This document shows, piece by piece, positions 53,951 to 64,000 of a DNA stretch of 64,000 nt. The notes beneath the pieces were generated by a model. It worked only from the letters and a program-made list of their open reading frames with translations, ran no database searches and had not been told where the DNA came from. The first letter of the stretch is position 1. Each line of letters starts with the position of its first letter. Location: assembly GCA_036172245.1 (NCBI GenBank), contig JAYWIR010000022.1, forward strand, positions 1,302,001 to 1,366,000, written 5' to 3'. The translations under genes and the position numbers were made by a program. This DNA comes from Raillietiella orientalis (lineage: Eukaryota).

Positions 53951-55099
53951 GCCCCCGTATCGGTTAGCGAAGGGAAGCAGAGAGCTGAGGCGGATGGCGG
54001 AGGACTCCAAACGTGCCCAGAGCGGGAATGCTTCCCTGACGCGCTGGAGTCGGGGAATTCCCTTTCCTCAGCTTCCCTTCGCACGCGCTGCATCACCGCG
54101 CGCCCGATGTAGTCGCGCCGAGGGGCGCAGCGCGCGCGATCCACTGGTTACTGACTGGGCTCATGCTGGGCTCGGGATTTCGGCCCGGAGAATTCCTGCT
54201 CGCAACCACTTCCTTTGAGCTCTTGGAGTCCTCCTCGAGGGAGGGAGAGAGGGGAGGGTTTTGCATGGAAACATATCCTAGGGGAACTGTGTCACGGAGC
54301 CACGTGATTTCACCGCTGCTGGCATGCATCGTCGGGACGCCCAACCAGCGTCGATCGTCGGACTTCTGAAGGGCGGTGTTTTCCCATTCGCGCCGCTTCA
54401 CCGCCGAGAGGGATGACTTCCTTTTCGTCCCTTCGAAATCTCTGAAGTTCTTCCCATTCGTCTTCTCCCAAAGGGAGAACTCCTGAAGTGCAAAAAAGAG
54501 GGATGGTAGTGCCAGAGGAGGCGATTGAAGACAGGGCGCTGCCACTCCGGCAGCGCTCCCCGTCTTCAGAGAAGGGGAGGGAGGAGACGGTTTTGCATAA
54601 GAGCGGTTCCGCTGTTCCGTCGTGTGTGAAACCAAGAAAACGGCTGGCGCGAAAACTTGCAGGCGGCGGGGCAAAGTGACGGCTCCACCCTGCTCTGCGG
54701 TCCTCCGAGGATGAAGTCCAAGCCGAAGGATCCATCCCTTCTTGTGGAGGGAGAAAGTCTTCCCTGGTGCCTTCTCCCCCCTTCTTCTGCAGATCGCTTC
54801 GCTTCCACTTTTAAGGGATCCGGTAAGAGGACGAGTTGGTCTGTAGACCCGCTGCTGCTCTCCGTTCGATGTCTTCGGGGGAAGGTTCACACAGAGCTCT
54901 TCATACAACTCTTCGGTCTACCAGTTTTCTCCTTGCTTCCATGCTGTCCCCTGGGGACAGGAAGCCCCCAGAGCCGAAGTCTGCCAGCTCGAGCGATGGC
55001 CAGGCGGTTTTCCGGAGCGAAGAGAACACTCTCGGAGGACCCTGTTGGGGGGTGAGCCTCTCCTGGATTGATTCCCTGCAGCAGATGTCGCCAATACTC

Positions 55100-55620
55100 T
55101 GGCAGCCTCCCCCTTCACGCGGATAGATGGATTCGACCCCCCTTCGGAATTCGAAGCCTTCCATTGTCTGGCCCGAGTGCACCTTTCGGTGGTTTGAGGA
55201 GGCAGACGAAACATTCAGGAAGGGAGGGACGAGGGAAGAGGGGATTCCGACACGAAGGGGCCTCAAAAGGTGGGGAGTGATGCGACGCATCTGTGAGAGA
55301 AGGGCAGGGAACCGTAGCAACCGCGCGTGCCCCGTGACAGTGTAGGCCTGCTCTGGAACTCTCTCTAGCCGCGCGTCTGGTACGCTTTCATCTTCTCCTC
55401 CTCCTCCTCCCGGTTGGAGATACCGGCGAAAGGAGCGGCAGGGAGAATGGCAACCGGAAAGAGCCTCTTCCAAGACATGGGAGCGCTCGAGTCGCTGGAG
55501 ACGTGAGAGACGGGTGTCTTGGTGAATGTTCTGCATCCGCAACAGCAGCAGAGGCGTGGTTTTCTGAGATGGCTTTTGTGGATCGCAGGATCTTGTAAAG
55601 CTCGCTGTGATCCGTATGTT
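55100..55620 (-). mobile_element. Decayed non-LTR RT remnant within the 304-aa ORF 54901-55815
   Basis: RL..VLEEAL...SFRR, then RITPHLL..LRVGIPSSLV..FLNV...VHSGQTMEGFEFRRGVESIYP (cf. GIPxxLI..Y...V...SxxFxVxRGVRQGxP). Confidence 0.5.
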
Positions 55621-57563
55621 TGAAAAAAAAGAAAAAAAGACACGACGAAATATTCGGGGCGCAGCCTCTGAAACTTTGTGACGCAATATTTCTTCCGCTT
55701 CCGTGAATCCGGTTAGCGAGATGTGAATGCCGGGCTCCCTTCCCGAGAGAAATCCCGAATTTCGTGTGAGGGCCATCAATCTACCAGACCTCTTGCCCTC
55801 GCATGTAACCTGCACTTATAAGTTATTTAGCGGGAATGCTGACATTCCATTTGATTTCATTAAGTGTCTCCAATGGTTACGCAGATCTTCCCGACGGATC
55901 ACGGGAAGTATAAATAAGCGATTTTGACACGCGGGCTGGCTGGCTTCCCCGTTGCGCGCCGCCTTCCGCGTGGAGGGATCGAGGCGGGGAAAAGGGAGAA
56001 GAATGTCCCGGTGATGGAAGCGCGTGACGGGAATGGGGAAGCTCAAGGGAACCGGGCAGAGACCGCCGCATCGTGCGGATCGGATCCCGGAGATGAACTC
56101 GTCCACCCGCGGAGTGAGGCGGCTGGCGAGGCTGGGTTCACAATGGGACGCGAAATCGACTGAGAAAAGAAGATACGACGGTGAGGAGGCGGGCGGAATG
56201 ATTCCCTCGCCGGAGATACAGAAGAGGGGTGATTGTTCGCGCATCAGAGGTCAATCCGGCCTCCGCCCCAAACAAGGAAAGGGGGGGGGAGAGGTTGAAA
56301 AAGGACGAGAGAGGGAGGGAGGAGTAGGAGGCAGCAGCGGAGAAGCTGCCACGCATCACATGGAGCGGGAGGAATCTTCAGCTCGAAATCCGACGGTCTC
56401 CTGCGGAATCCTCGCCGGTTCCCAGCAGGTTCTTCCGCAAGGAGAGGGAAAAGGGGGAGGGGGAAGAGTTGTGAGACCCTCTCGCTGGGATCTGCAGGAG
56501 GTTTTCTCTCGACCTTATGGCCGTGCTTTCCAGGACATGGATCTCTCTCCTCCCCCAAATTCCTCTTCGGCGACTTCAAGATTCTCCGTAACCTCATTCT
56601 TTCCCTCCCTTAAGCCTCCTTGACTCGTTCCGGGGTCTTCGGGACTTTCTCCTTTCTCCGGCACGCGGAATCTCCCCCTCCCTGTTCCCCGATCTTTTCT
56701 TTCGGCTCGCGACAAGGCAGTGTCCGTCGCAGAACCTTCATCTTCACACCCACGCGCCGGCTGTACCGATACTGTCCAGAGAGGCGTCCCTGACCCAGCC
56801 AGATTATGGTGGCGTGCGAGACGCTTGGCGAGCCGTAACCAGGCGGAAGCGGGCATCCCATTTACGTTCGGCCCGAAGCTGCCCGGTTACTGCGGGGCGC
56901 CCCCGAGAGTGCTGAAAGGGGTGTAGAGGGACCTTTTCTGATGTCCGATTCGCTAGGGAGCATCCGTCACGGAACAGGGTGCCATGGAAACGCCGTGCGC
57001 CATCTGCCCTCTACGCTGCCGATTTCAGAGTTTATCGCGACCCACAGTGCTTGCCACTGCGTCCCAGTCGTCTCGCTCTGCCCAAGATTCCTCCTCCCAG
57101 GGGGCATTTTCCAGTGCTTTCCCTCCCAGGATCCGCTTTCCTGCTACAGAGTCGAGTGATGAATTAGCCTTGCGCTGACGAACGCCCACGAGTTGGCCCT
57201 TCAACTCCCTGGAGTCTTCGAAGAACCAACTTCAGGATCTCTTTCGTAGATCGCATCGTGTTGCCATGATAACGCGACCTCTTTTCGTGCTCCGAGCGTC
57301 CAGGTGGGAGGAGTAATCATGTTCGCGAGATAATACCTTCTGAACTGAAGAGGTAGCGGAAAGGGGGAGGGAGGGCGGAAGAAGGGTTCCCCTTGCTAAT
57401 TAAGTAACTTCTGGTAGGTTTTGGCATGAGAATCGTGGAATCCCCCCCCCCCCTAATGCAGCGTCCGTATCATTTACCTCGTTCGAGCGGTCTCTTCGAA
57501 CGCTTCAGCGTGGTGCAGTGATCCAGTCGGAGCTTAGCTTCGCGCTTTCCTCCGACAGTAAAA

Positions 57564-58145
57564 TTATGCTGAAGGACCGAAATGAATCTGGTAGCTCGCT
57601 CCAATGATGCTAAGCGCTATTATTCTGTGGGGTCTTGGAGCAAACACCGTGAACCTGGCATCCGCCACTTCAAATCGACCATCTTCGAGCGGCGTGCTTG
57701 ATAATTCGTCTTCTCCATCCATCCCCGTGCAGCCTGTTGGTGCGAGGTACGAGTCTGATAGTCCTCGGACTCTCTTTGCCCGGGTCGATGAAGCTCCTGG
57801 CAGATTCATCCTAGTCAACCCAGAGTAAAATCCTGGATCGGAAACTTCCTCACACATTCCTGATTCGGAGTGCCTTGCGGTAGCGCGCTCATGCATCCCA
57901 GCTCGCACCCTACGGCGATCTATACACCCCACAGGCACATCCAGAGACCTACCCGCATCTCTCAGATGCCAAGAGAGGTCATTCCTTTGTTCTGTTTTAA
58001 GAGATCCAAGCGTCACTCCTAAGCGTCTGTTGTTCGCTTGTCGTCCGGGTCGCGGGGGCGGGCGTACCCCGGCAAACGTATGATCCTCACCCTTTTCCCA
58101 AGACCCAGGGACCAACTCGTACTCCCTCAAGGGCAGGTAGTACAA
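57564..58145 (-). mobile_element. Decayed non-LTR RT core with an open frame of 193 codons
   Basis: Ordered degenerate motifs: AGVRP..RPGRQANN, SLDV..CIDR, RVRGLSDSYLAP..GMD and FEVADARFTVFA (cf. GFRPGR; LDxxKAFDxIDR; RGLxQGxxLSP; YADDxxLFA). The catalytic DD is lost. Confidence 0.5.
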
Positions 58146-60229
58146 CGGGACCAGGGATGAGGAGCGCGTAAAAAGAAGAGAACGGGATGAGGCTGCATGG
58201 CTGGACCCGATTAGAATACGTCAGCGAGTATGCTCGGGGAAAGGGAAGGTGGGGAAGCAGGTTTTCAGGCGGGGTAGCGGTGGAGCCGACCATAACGAGA
58301 GAAGTTAGTGGCGACGTGAGAACGTCCTGACGGATTGCTTGCTCAGCCCACAAAATCGTGGCGTTGCGAGGAAGCACTCCAAGCAAGCCGTTGACCAAGC
58401 AGCGTCTGGAGATGCGTCGATGACCTATTGTGGACGAAGAGCGCTGATCTGGTTCGCACTGATCCGACTGGCTGGGGAAGGAAAGGAGGGGAGGGAAGTG
58501 AGTAAGTGCACGGATTACGGTCGAAAGCTGTGCAACAAGACGGTGACTGTTCGCGAGTGTGTTCGCGAGTTTGCCAGCGGAGAAGAGGATATCACGGCCA
58601 CTAACTGAATTTCAAATATAGAAAGACCGCGAGTGACACAAAAGAGACATCTCACACGAAGAGGTGCAGATCTCTGGTTTCATGGTATGGAATCTTATAA
58701 GCCAGGATAGACAAGGAAATGAAATCAGCTATGAGGGGCATCTGACTTTATGAATTGAAGAGGGGAGAGGAAAGAAATCTGAGAAGAACAAAGGGATCTA
58801 GGAGGACGGTCGTGTCGGCAATTATGTTCGGAAAGATGCGAGAGGATAGGAGACGCAGGGATCCGCGCATCGCAAGCATCCCTCACACGACTCTTTGTTC
58901 TAAGAACGACAGCCAGAGACCGTGGTTATGTGACACTCCTTTGTTCTCTGCGCTCGGCTGTGCTTACTTTGAGTTCAGCTGTGAAACTGGGAACAACGGA
59001 CTTTTTTCCGGGCTGTCGCTCATTTTCTCACCAGGTTATTCTCTTAGCCGTAATAAAGATTTTTCTCTCTTTGTACAAAAGGTTCAAATGGTTAGAAATG
59101 CACGCTTAGTCAGCCGTGAAATTCTGGTCCCATCCAAGAAGGAGGAACGGAGAATACCAAGAAATTGTTCAGGATGGAGAGATCTTGGAAGACTCGTTGG
59201 CAGTGCTGTGATCCACAGCACGGTCTTACAAGAATCCCGGTTCCCCTCAGAGATCAACTCTTATGTAGCATCACGTATTTATGGTTGAAGGCGGAATGGA
59301 CCAGTCTGTTACTGCGGAGGTGAAGACTTCAAACAAGACAAAGAAAAAGAAAGAAAATGGTCAAGCTTTCAGCGCCGGAGCAGTCCGAATAGAGTCCCTA
59401 CATCATATGATGCTCTCGACGAAACGGGAATGACAGAAGACAGACATCGAAAAACCTGCCATTGGGAAGGAAGGATAGGCAGAGGAAAAAATGCGCATCG
59501 ATGTCCAAAGCAGCGAGGAAGGTTCTTAATTGATTGGAATTCCAGAGCTGCCGCGCTCAGAATGTCTGAGTGGTGATGTTTCCACGCGTCTGACATAGCA
59601 GCCTGAGTAAAATAAAGATGGCAAAGTAATCACTGAATCGGAGATAGCAGATGTGAGCAAGGAATTCATGTATTTCCTGAGCCAGCGGCAAGAAAACTTC
59701 ATCACCCCTTCCTGTAGATGGTAATTCTTTCTGATCTGGATCATTTTGTGTGGAAATCGCTTTCGAATTAGGAGCACACTCCAACAAGAGAAATAAGATC
59801 CGTGTATTGATTACAGCAGGGCGACAGGGAATTTACAAGAAAAAGTGACATGAAAAATCAAAATGAAAGCCAGTTGTAGGACAACTGAGTTTTTTCGTTC
59901 AGCACATCGTGGCAGCACACGCTACTGTTAGGCAAGGTCGGTCAGGTCACTGTGATTCCATAGATCGGCAACGCTGACCGCTCATCGGACAATCTTCTTT
60001 GTTCCGTTTTCATTCCAAAACTACAGAACTACTGAAACCATCATTTTCGTGTGTTTTCGATCTTTAGATTTCTCCACATGATGATAGAATTTCCAGGTAA
60101 CAGCTTCTGACCTTTCGAATACATGGAGCCTTCAGACAGCAAAAGAGGACAGTACCGTTCCTCCAAGTGAAAGAAAGTGCTTTGCCCGATAGTGGAGCAG
60201 CAACCCCCCCTTGATTTGTTTCGTTCTGC

Positions 60230-61350
60230 AACGTCCTGCAAACTATCTTCTAAAAAACATGGATGGAGTTTGCCATCCTACGACACTTCTACCATTCGGA
60301 GCGCTTGCCTCAGGTGAGGAGAGATGGGATGAAAGAATTATGGAGGGAAGAAATGCCTTGAAGCAGAATTCGCTCGCGAAAATGCCTGTGCATCAACTGT
60401 GCTGGGTTCAGTCAGAAAGAAGCACTCATCTGCATCTTCATTATCCCAATACCATCTAGATAATTCTATTTTCCTTCATTTTAGCAAAGTAGAATGACGT
60501 CATCTAGTGCTACGGAGCATGCAATTAGGTCTCGTTGTACTTCGAGGCACCAGGAAAGTTCGGTTACCTTCACAGGGAAGTTTTGCTGGTAATCGAATTA
60601 GGATCGAGTTCAAAAAAAAAAAAAAAAAAATCCTAGAGAAAAGCCAATTATCCCAATGATCCTTTACCCGAGCCGAAACTCAGCGTTCCACAAACCGGCG
60701 AGAATTTTAAAAAGCAAAACCCTGAAGTCTTATCGGGAATTAGCAAAGATTTACAGAGTGCTGCCTTGGGAGACGGTGGTGCGGTACCGAGGATGCGCTG
60801 CACTCTGCGCGTTAGGTCTCCGTGCAGCTCCCATCGCTGTGCACGGGTATGCGAATAGCCTCCGGAGCTACAGGCGATTCTCAGAGGACTGATCTACGTT
60901 TAGACCCGATGAAAGATGCAAGCAGCGAGAGTGCAAGAAATAGGAGAATCAGCAGCTTCCGTATGAACACGACCGTGGAACGCGCTTAGCGGATACTCAC
61001 TCGCTGATTTTCTCACTTCAAGAGGGATGGTTCCGTGGCGCTGGCACCACGGGAGACGCACAGTGAACATGGCATGCCACGTGCGTGTGCTTTCTCTGGC
61101 AGAGTCCAATGCATCTCACTCACCGCTGGTATTCGGAACTAAACTGGGAGTCTCTAAGGACCATGATGAAAATTCTGAATGGTGTGTCTGAAGAAGGGAT
61201 GACGACGAAAGACAGCGCAATCTGTTGCAGCATGCAATATCCGAGTTCACGACCGGCAAAAGACAGAATACGAGGTCTTATTAAACTTGGCTGCCATTCA
61301 TTGAGAATTTGGCCGTCAACTTCAAATAATGCTGTGCACCTCCAGACTTT
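60230..61350 (+). mobile_element. Decayed non-LTR RT remnant
   Basis: HPTTLL...ERIMEGR...HQ..VQSERSTHLHL, ELAKIYRVLPWETV (DLEKAYDxVPW), ADFLTSRGM, and LLQHA/NI...EVLLNL...EFGRQL, in RT order. Confidence 0.55.
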
Positions 61351-61729
61351 CATTAGCAGTCTCCTTTACCACATCGAGGATATCTGCCGGTTTTCTAATT
61401 CTTTCTTTTCATCCTCTTCTGAAAAATACGGCATCCTCTTGAGCTCTGAAGAAACGGCGTGCTAGCCATGTGTGCAACAGTGAACGGAAGAGATGCTTAC
61501 GCATCGAGTGGCTTTTCACAAAGTCCGTTTCTGGCTCGCTGAGACCCTCGCAGGAGAAGGGAAAAACTGCTCTCCTCACGTCGGAAGCTCGTTTGGGGAG
61601 CGCCAGATGCACCCAGTGCTCATGCTCGAAAAGAAGCGAAAGATCGAAAAGAGCTCCGACGAGACGGAGGGGTCTCAGAGAAAAAGTGGATTTTGAGGCT
61701 TTCCACTACTGAAGAGCCACAGAGGTTTC

Positions 61730-61990
61730 CCTGGCATGGTTCCACCAAGAATCGCTTCAACCGGAAAGATCGATTAAAAGCTGCAGTAATTTTCACTGCT
61801 CCTTCAACTTTCCTGCTCTCTGCATATCGGATGCGCCCAGAGCATCTGATGCACACTGCAAGAATCTTCTCAAGAATACGGCCCTATCCGCTAGGTAGGA
61901 TATTACCAATGCCGAGTGACTTCTGGTACCGGTCTCATTCAGTCACTTTTACAGTATGCACCGTTTCCAGGATTTTCAGCAGGCACATCC
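61730..61990 (+). mobile_element. Decayed non-LTR RT N-terminal remnant
   Basis: DRLKAAVIFTAP...SAYR...L...RIFSRI...ILP..SDFWYRSHS (cf. WKxAVIxPIPK..YRPISLL..KIFERI..LP..QFGFR..HS). Confidence 0.45.
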
Positions 61991-63169
61991 CGTCCTCGAC
62001 AACGCCAAGCTTTCCTCGGGAGCACAGGAGCGTGGAGGATGACGAATACGTTCGAATGCGTATGCGCACTTTGCCGCGCTCTTGTGGCCTCTGAACGCAT
62101 CTTTGATGCAGAGTACTTATGGAAACAGAGTACGGGTCGTCCTCAACACTCTTCGCCAAGAGATCGAAGCAACAACAAAAAAAGGAATTCTCATCTGAGC
62201 ATCTGCCTGTCGGCTGGGGAAATCAGGGAATCTCTCTCTCTGTGTGTGTGTGTCTCTCTCCTTTTATAGAGCTCCTTCGTTCACGTTCATCCCGTTTCGT
62301 TCGTCCCGAACAACCTGGCAATGCAATCGTTCGTGTGCAGTCTCCCGCTCGTCGCGTTTCTTGGAGCCTGTAGAAAGGGGAGCAGCCACCTCTCGCCTCT
62401 CCGGACGAACAAGGGAGACAGTCCCCTCACTCTGCGGCGGACGGCTGCTGGCAACGTGTGGGAAGCTGGAGTCGTCAGCCACAGGAGCAGTGGATCCGAG
62501 CAGGAGACAGAGGAGTCCTGGAAGCTTCCTCGTAGCAAGCGGGCGAAGCTCAGAGGGAGCGAGCGTCCATCGTCTGCCGCCTCGGGTGAGAGGCGTGGAG
62601 GACGCGCGTGCAAATGCGCGCTCTCTCTTTCTCACGGAGGAGGGTTGGCAGCTGCTGTCTGCGCGCCTGTGGCTGCCGTCGCGATTCGCGTTGGTCTCGA
62701 GTTCTGGGCTTGCTCCAGGCACTTCTGCCTTGCATCCGACGAGCAAGTCACCTCCTATGGAGCAGGTGCTCGCACGCAGCACATGTTCCTTCGCCCCTCG
62801 GATCCTTCGAAAGAACCTCCTCCAGAGATCCAGGGGTCCACAAACTCAGACCCGATTCCGATGGAAACTGCCCTATTCTCTGCCCTCCCCAGACTTTCCG
62901 TTCCGAGCACTCTGCGCGTGGAGGACCTATCGTATCGGGAGCAATCCCTTTCTCGAGATAAGCGATAGAAGACCCTTCGGGGATGCGGGATTTCGTGGCT
63001 CGACCATCTTTCCTAGGCAATGTCTTGGTTTTTTCTTAGGTTGGAGGAAGAAGGAGGAGGGAGGGGGTTCGAAAAAATTTGCACCCCGTGCTGCGTCGTC
63101 GTCAGACCTGCTCGATTCGTTCACGCGACCTCGTGGATCATTTGCCTCTCACCTCGGAGTCGCGCGCCT

Positions 63170-63830
63170 GGCGGCTCATGCAGCTCTTTGACGCTGTTCC
63201 ACGCTACCCGGAGGTGCATGTGATTCTTCATGATTGGGGAACCTGGGAGGGGACCATTCTGTGAATCCAGGAAGGGTTCGGAGTCCGTTCCTCTCGCGCC
63301 TGGGGAAGGATTACCGAAGGGAACCCTTCACCCCGGTTGTCTCCAGAGGGATCTCCGAAGAGGATCGCTCCATTTTTTTTTATCCAAAGGGAACCCGCAA
63401 GGGAACCGCTCTCGTTTACTCCTCTGAAGAAAACTTCGAAGGGATGCTTCCGAAATTTCTCAGAAGGGCGCTCTTTGAAGGAAACAGAACGCGTCTTTGC
63501 ACTCTGGAGAGGTAACATCAATCCGCCAGCTCCATGGTGCGAGACGGAGGGTCCACCCACAAGAGGGAGGTACGATGATTCCATTTGCACAACCGGAGGA
63601 GAACCCCGAAGGGAACTCCCACTCCTTGATTCTGTTTCCTGGAAGGATCCGGAGGGTCGACTGCAAATCCCAGCCACTCATTAGGAGCATCCGGTTTGAA
63701 CCGCTACCAGATCCTCACCCGAATAGTGGCCAACCATCGTCATCTTGCAGGAGGAACTCGAACCCACGACACACACCCCATCTCTCGGCGTCGATTCTTT
63801 CCGAGTATTCGAACCTGCGACGCTTGGAGG
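63170..63830 (+). mobile_element. Decayed non-LTR RT remnant, homologous to 49100-50030
   Basis: LFDAVPR..VILHDWG..GTIL, REPLSF, ALWRGNI (decayed ALYADDI) and RRNSNPRHT (cf. LxLNPxKT). Shares blocks with the 49.3-50.0 kb copy, such as TGAATCCAGGAAGG, CGGAGTCCGTTCCTCT, GTTTACTCCTCTGAAGA and CGTCATCTTGCAGGAG. Confidence 0.65.
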
Positions 63831-64000
63831 TGCCAAATGCGGCGGCCGCAGGCACATGACCTCCGACCTAGAGTGCTTATGTGTCTTCGTGAGCTTCGCC
63901 TCTCGGAGCAGAGAATGCCGCCGTTATCCCCCCCCCCCCCTCTCACTGCCACTTGCACGCCCTCCTTGTGCATCTTCTTTTACCAAGATACCCTGCAGCT

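Noticed and set aside
58087..58398. LLIPGP motif resembling class V aminotransferase N-termini
   Set aside because: Isolated six-residue match with no other family motifs.
61120..61353. Minus-strand ORF with faint RT-like wording
   Set aside because: The + strand gives a longer, correctly ordered RT motif series over the same bases.
62244..63191. 315-aa ORF and overlapping ORFs on both strands
   Set aside because: Ser/Arg/Pro-rich, no recognisable domain or splice structure. Multiple open frames are expected in GC-rich non-coding DNA.

Overview
Eukaryotic nuclear DNA, not prokaryotic. It is from an invertebrate, probably an arthropod: the NUMT reads in the invertebrate mitochondrial code, the U2 5' end is protostome-type, and GT-AG introns are about 40-60 nt. 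The left 37 kb holds eight intron-containing genes: two 5' exons of a GH27 alpha-N-acetylgalactosaminidase/alpha-galactosidase (-), FHIP1/FAM160A (+), a TFIIIA-like zinc-finger gene with only fingers 4-9 visible (+), mitochondrial IF3 (-), two convergent MFSD6-like transporter paralogues, a FEM1A/C-type fem-1 (+) and snurportin-1 (+). Housekeeping genes sit in very compact, CpG-depleted blocks. Two same-strand pairs (fem-1 -> SNUPN, FHIP1 -> TFIIIA-like) have no visible promoter between them and are candidates for polycistronic or shared-promoter units. Between the MFS paralogues is a tandem pair of 37-nt U2 snRNA 5' fragments bounded by direct repeats. The right 27 kb has no recognisable host gene. 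It is a patchwork of AT-rich and GC/CpG-rich DNA with about ten heavily decayed non-LTR reverse-transcriptase remnants and an intact-frame nad4 NUMT. All gene models were built by eye from splice signals and remembered family motifs. No database search was run, so boundaries of decayed elements are approximate.
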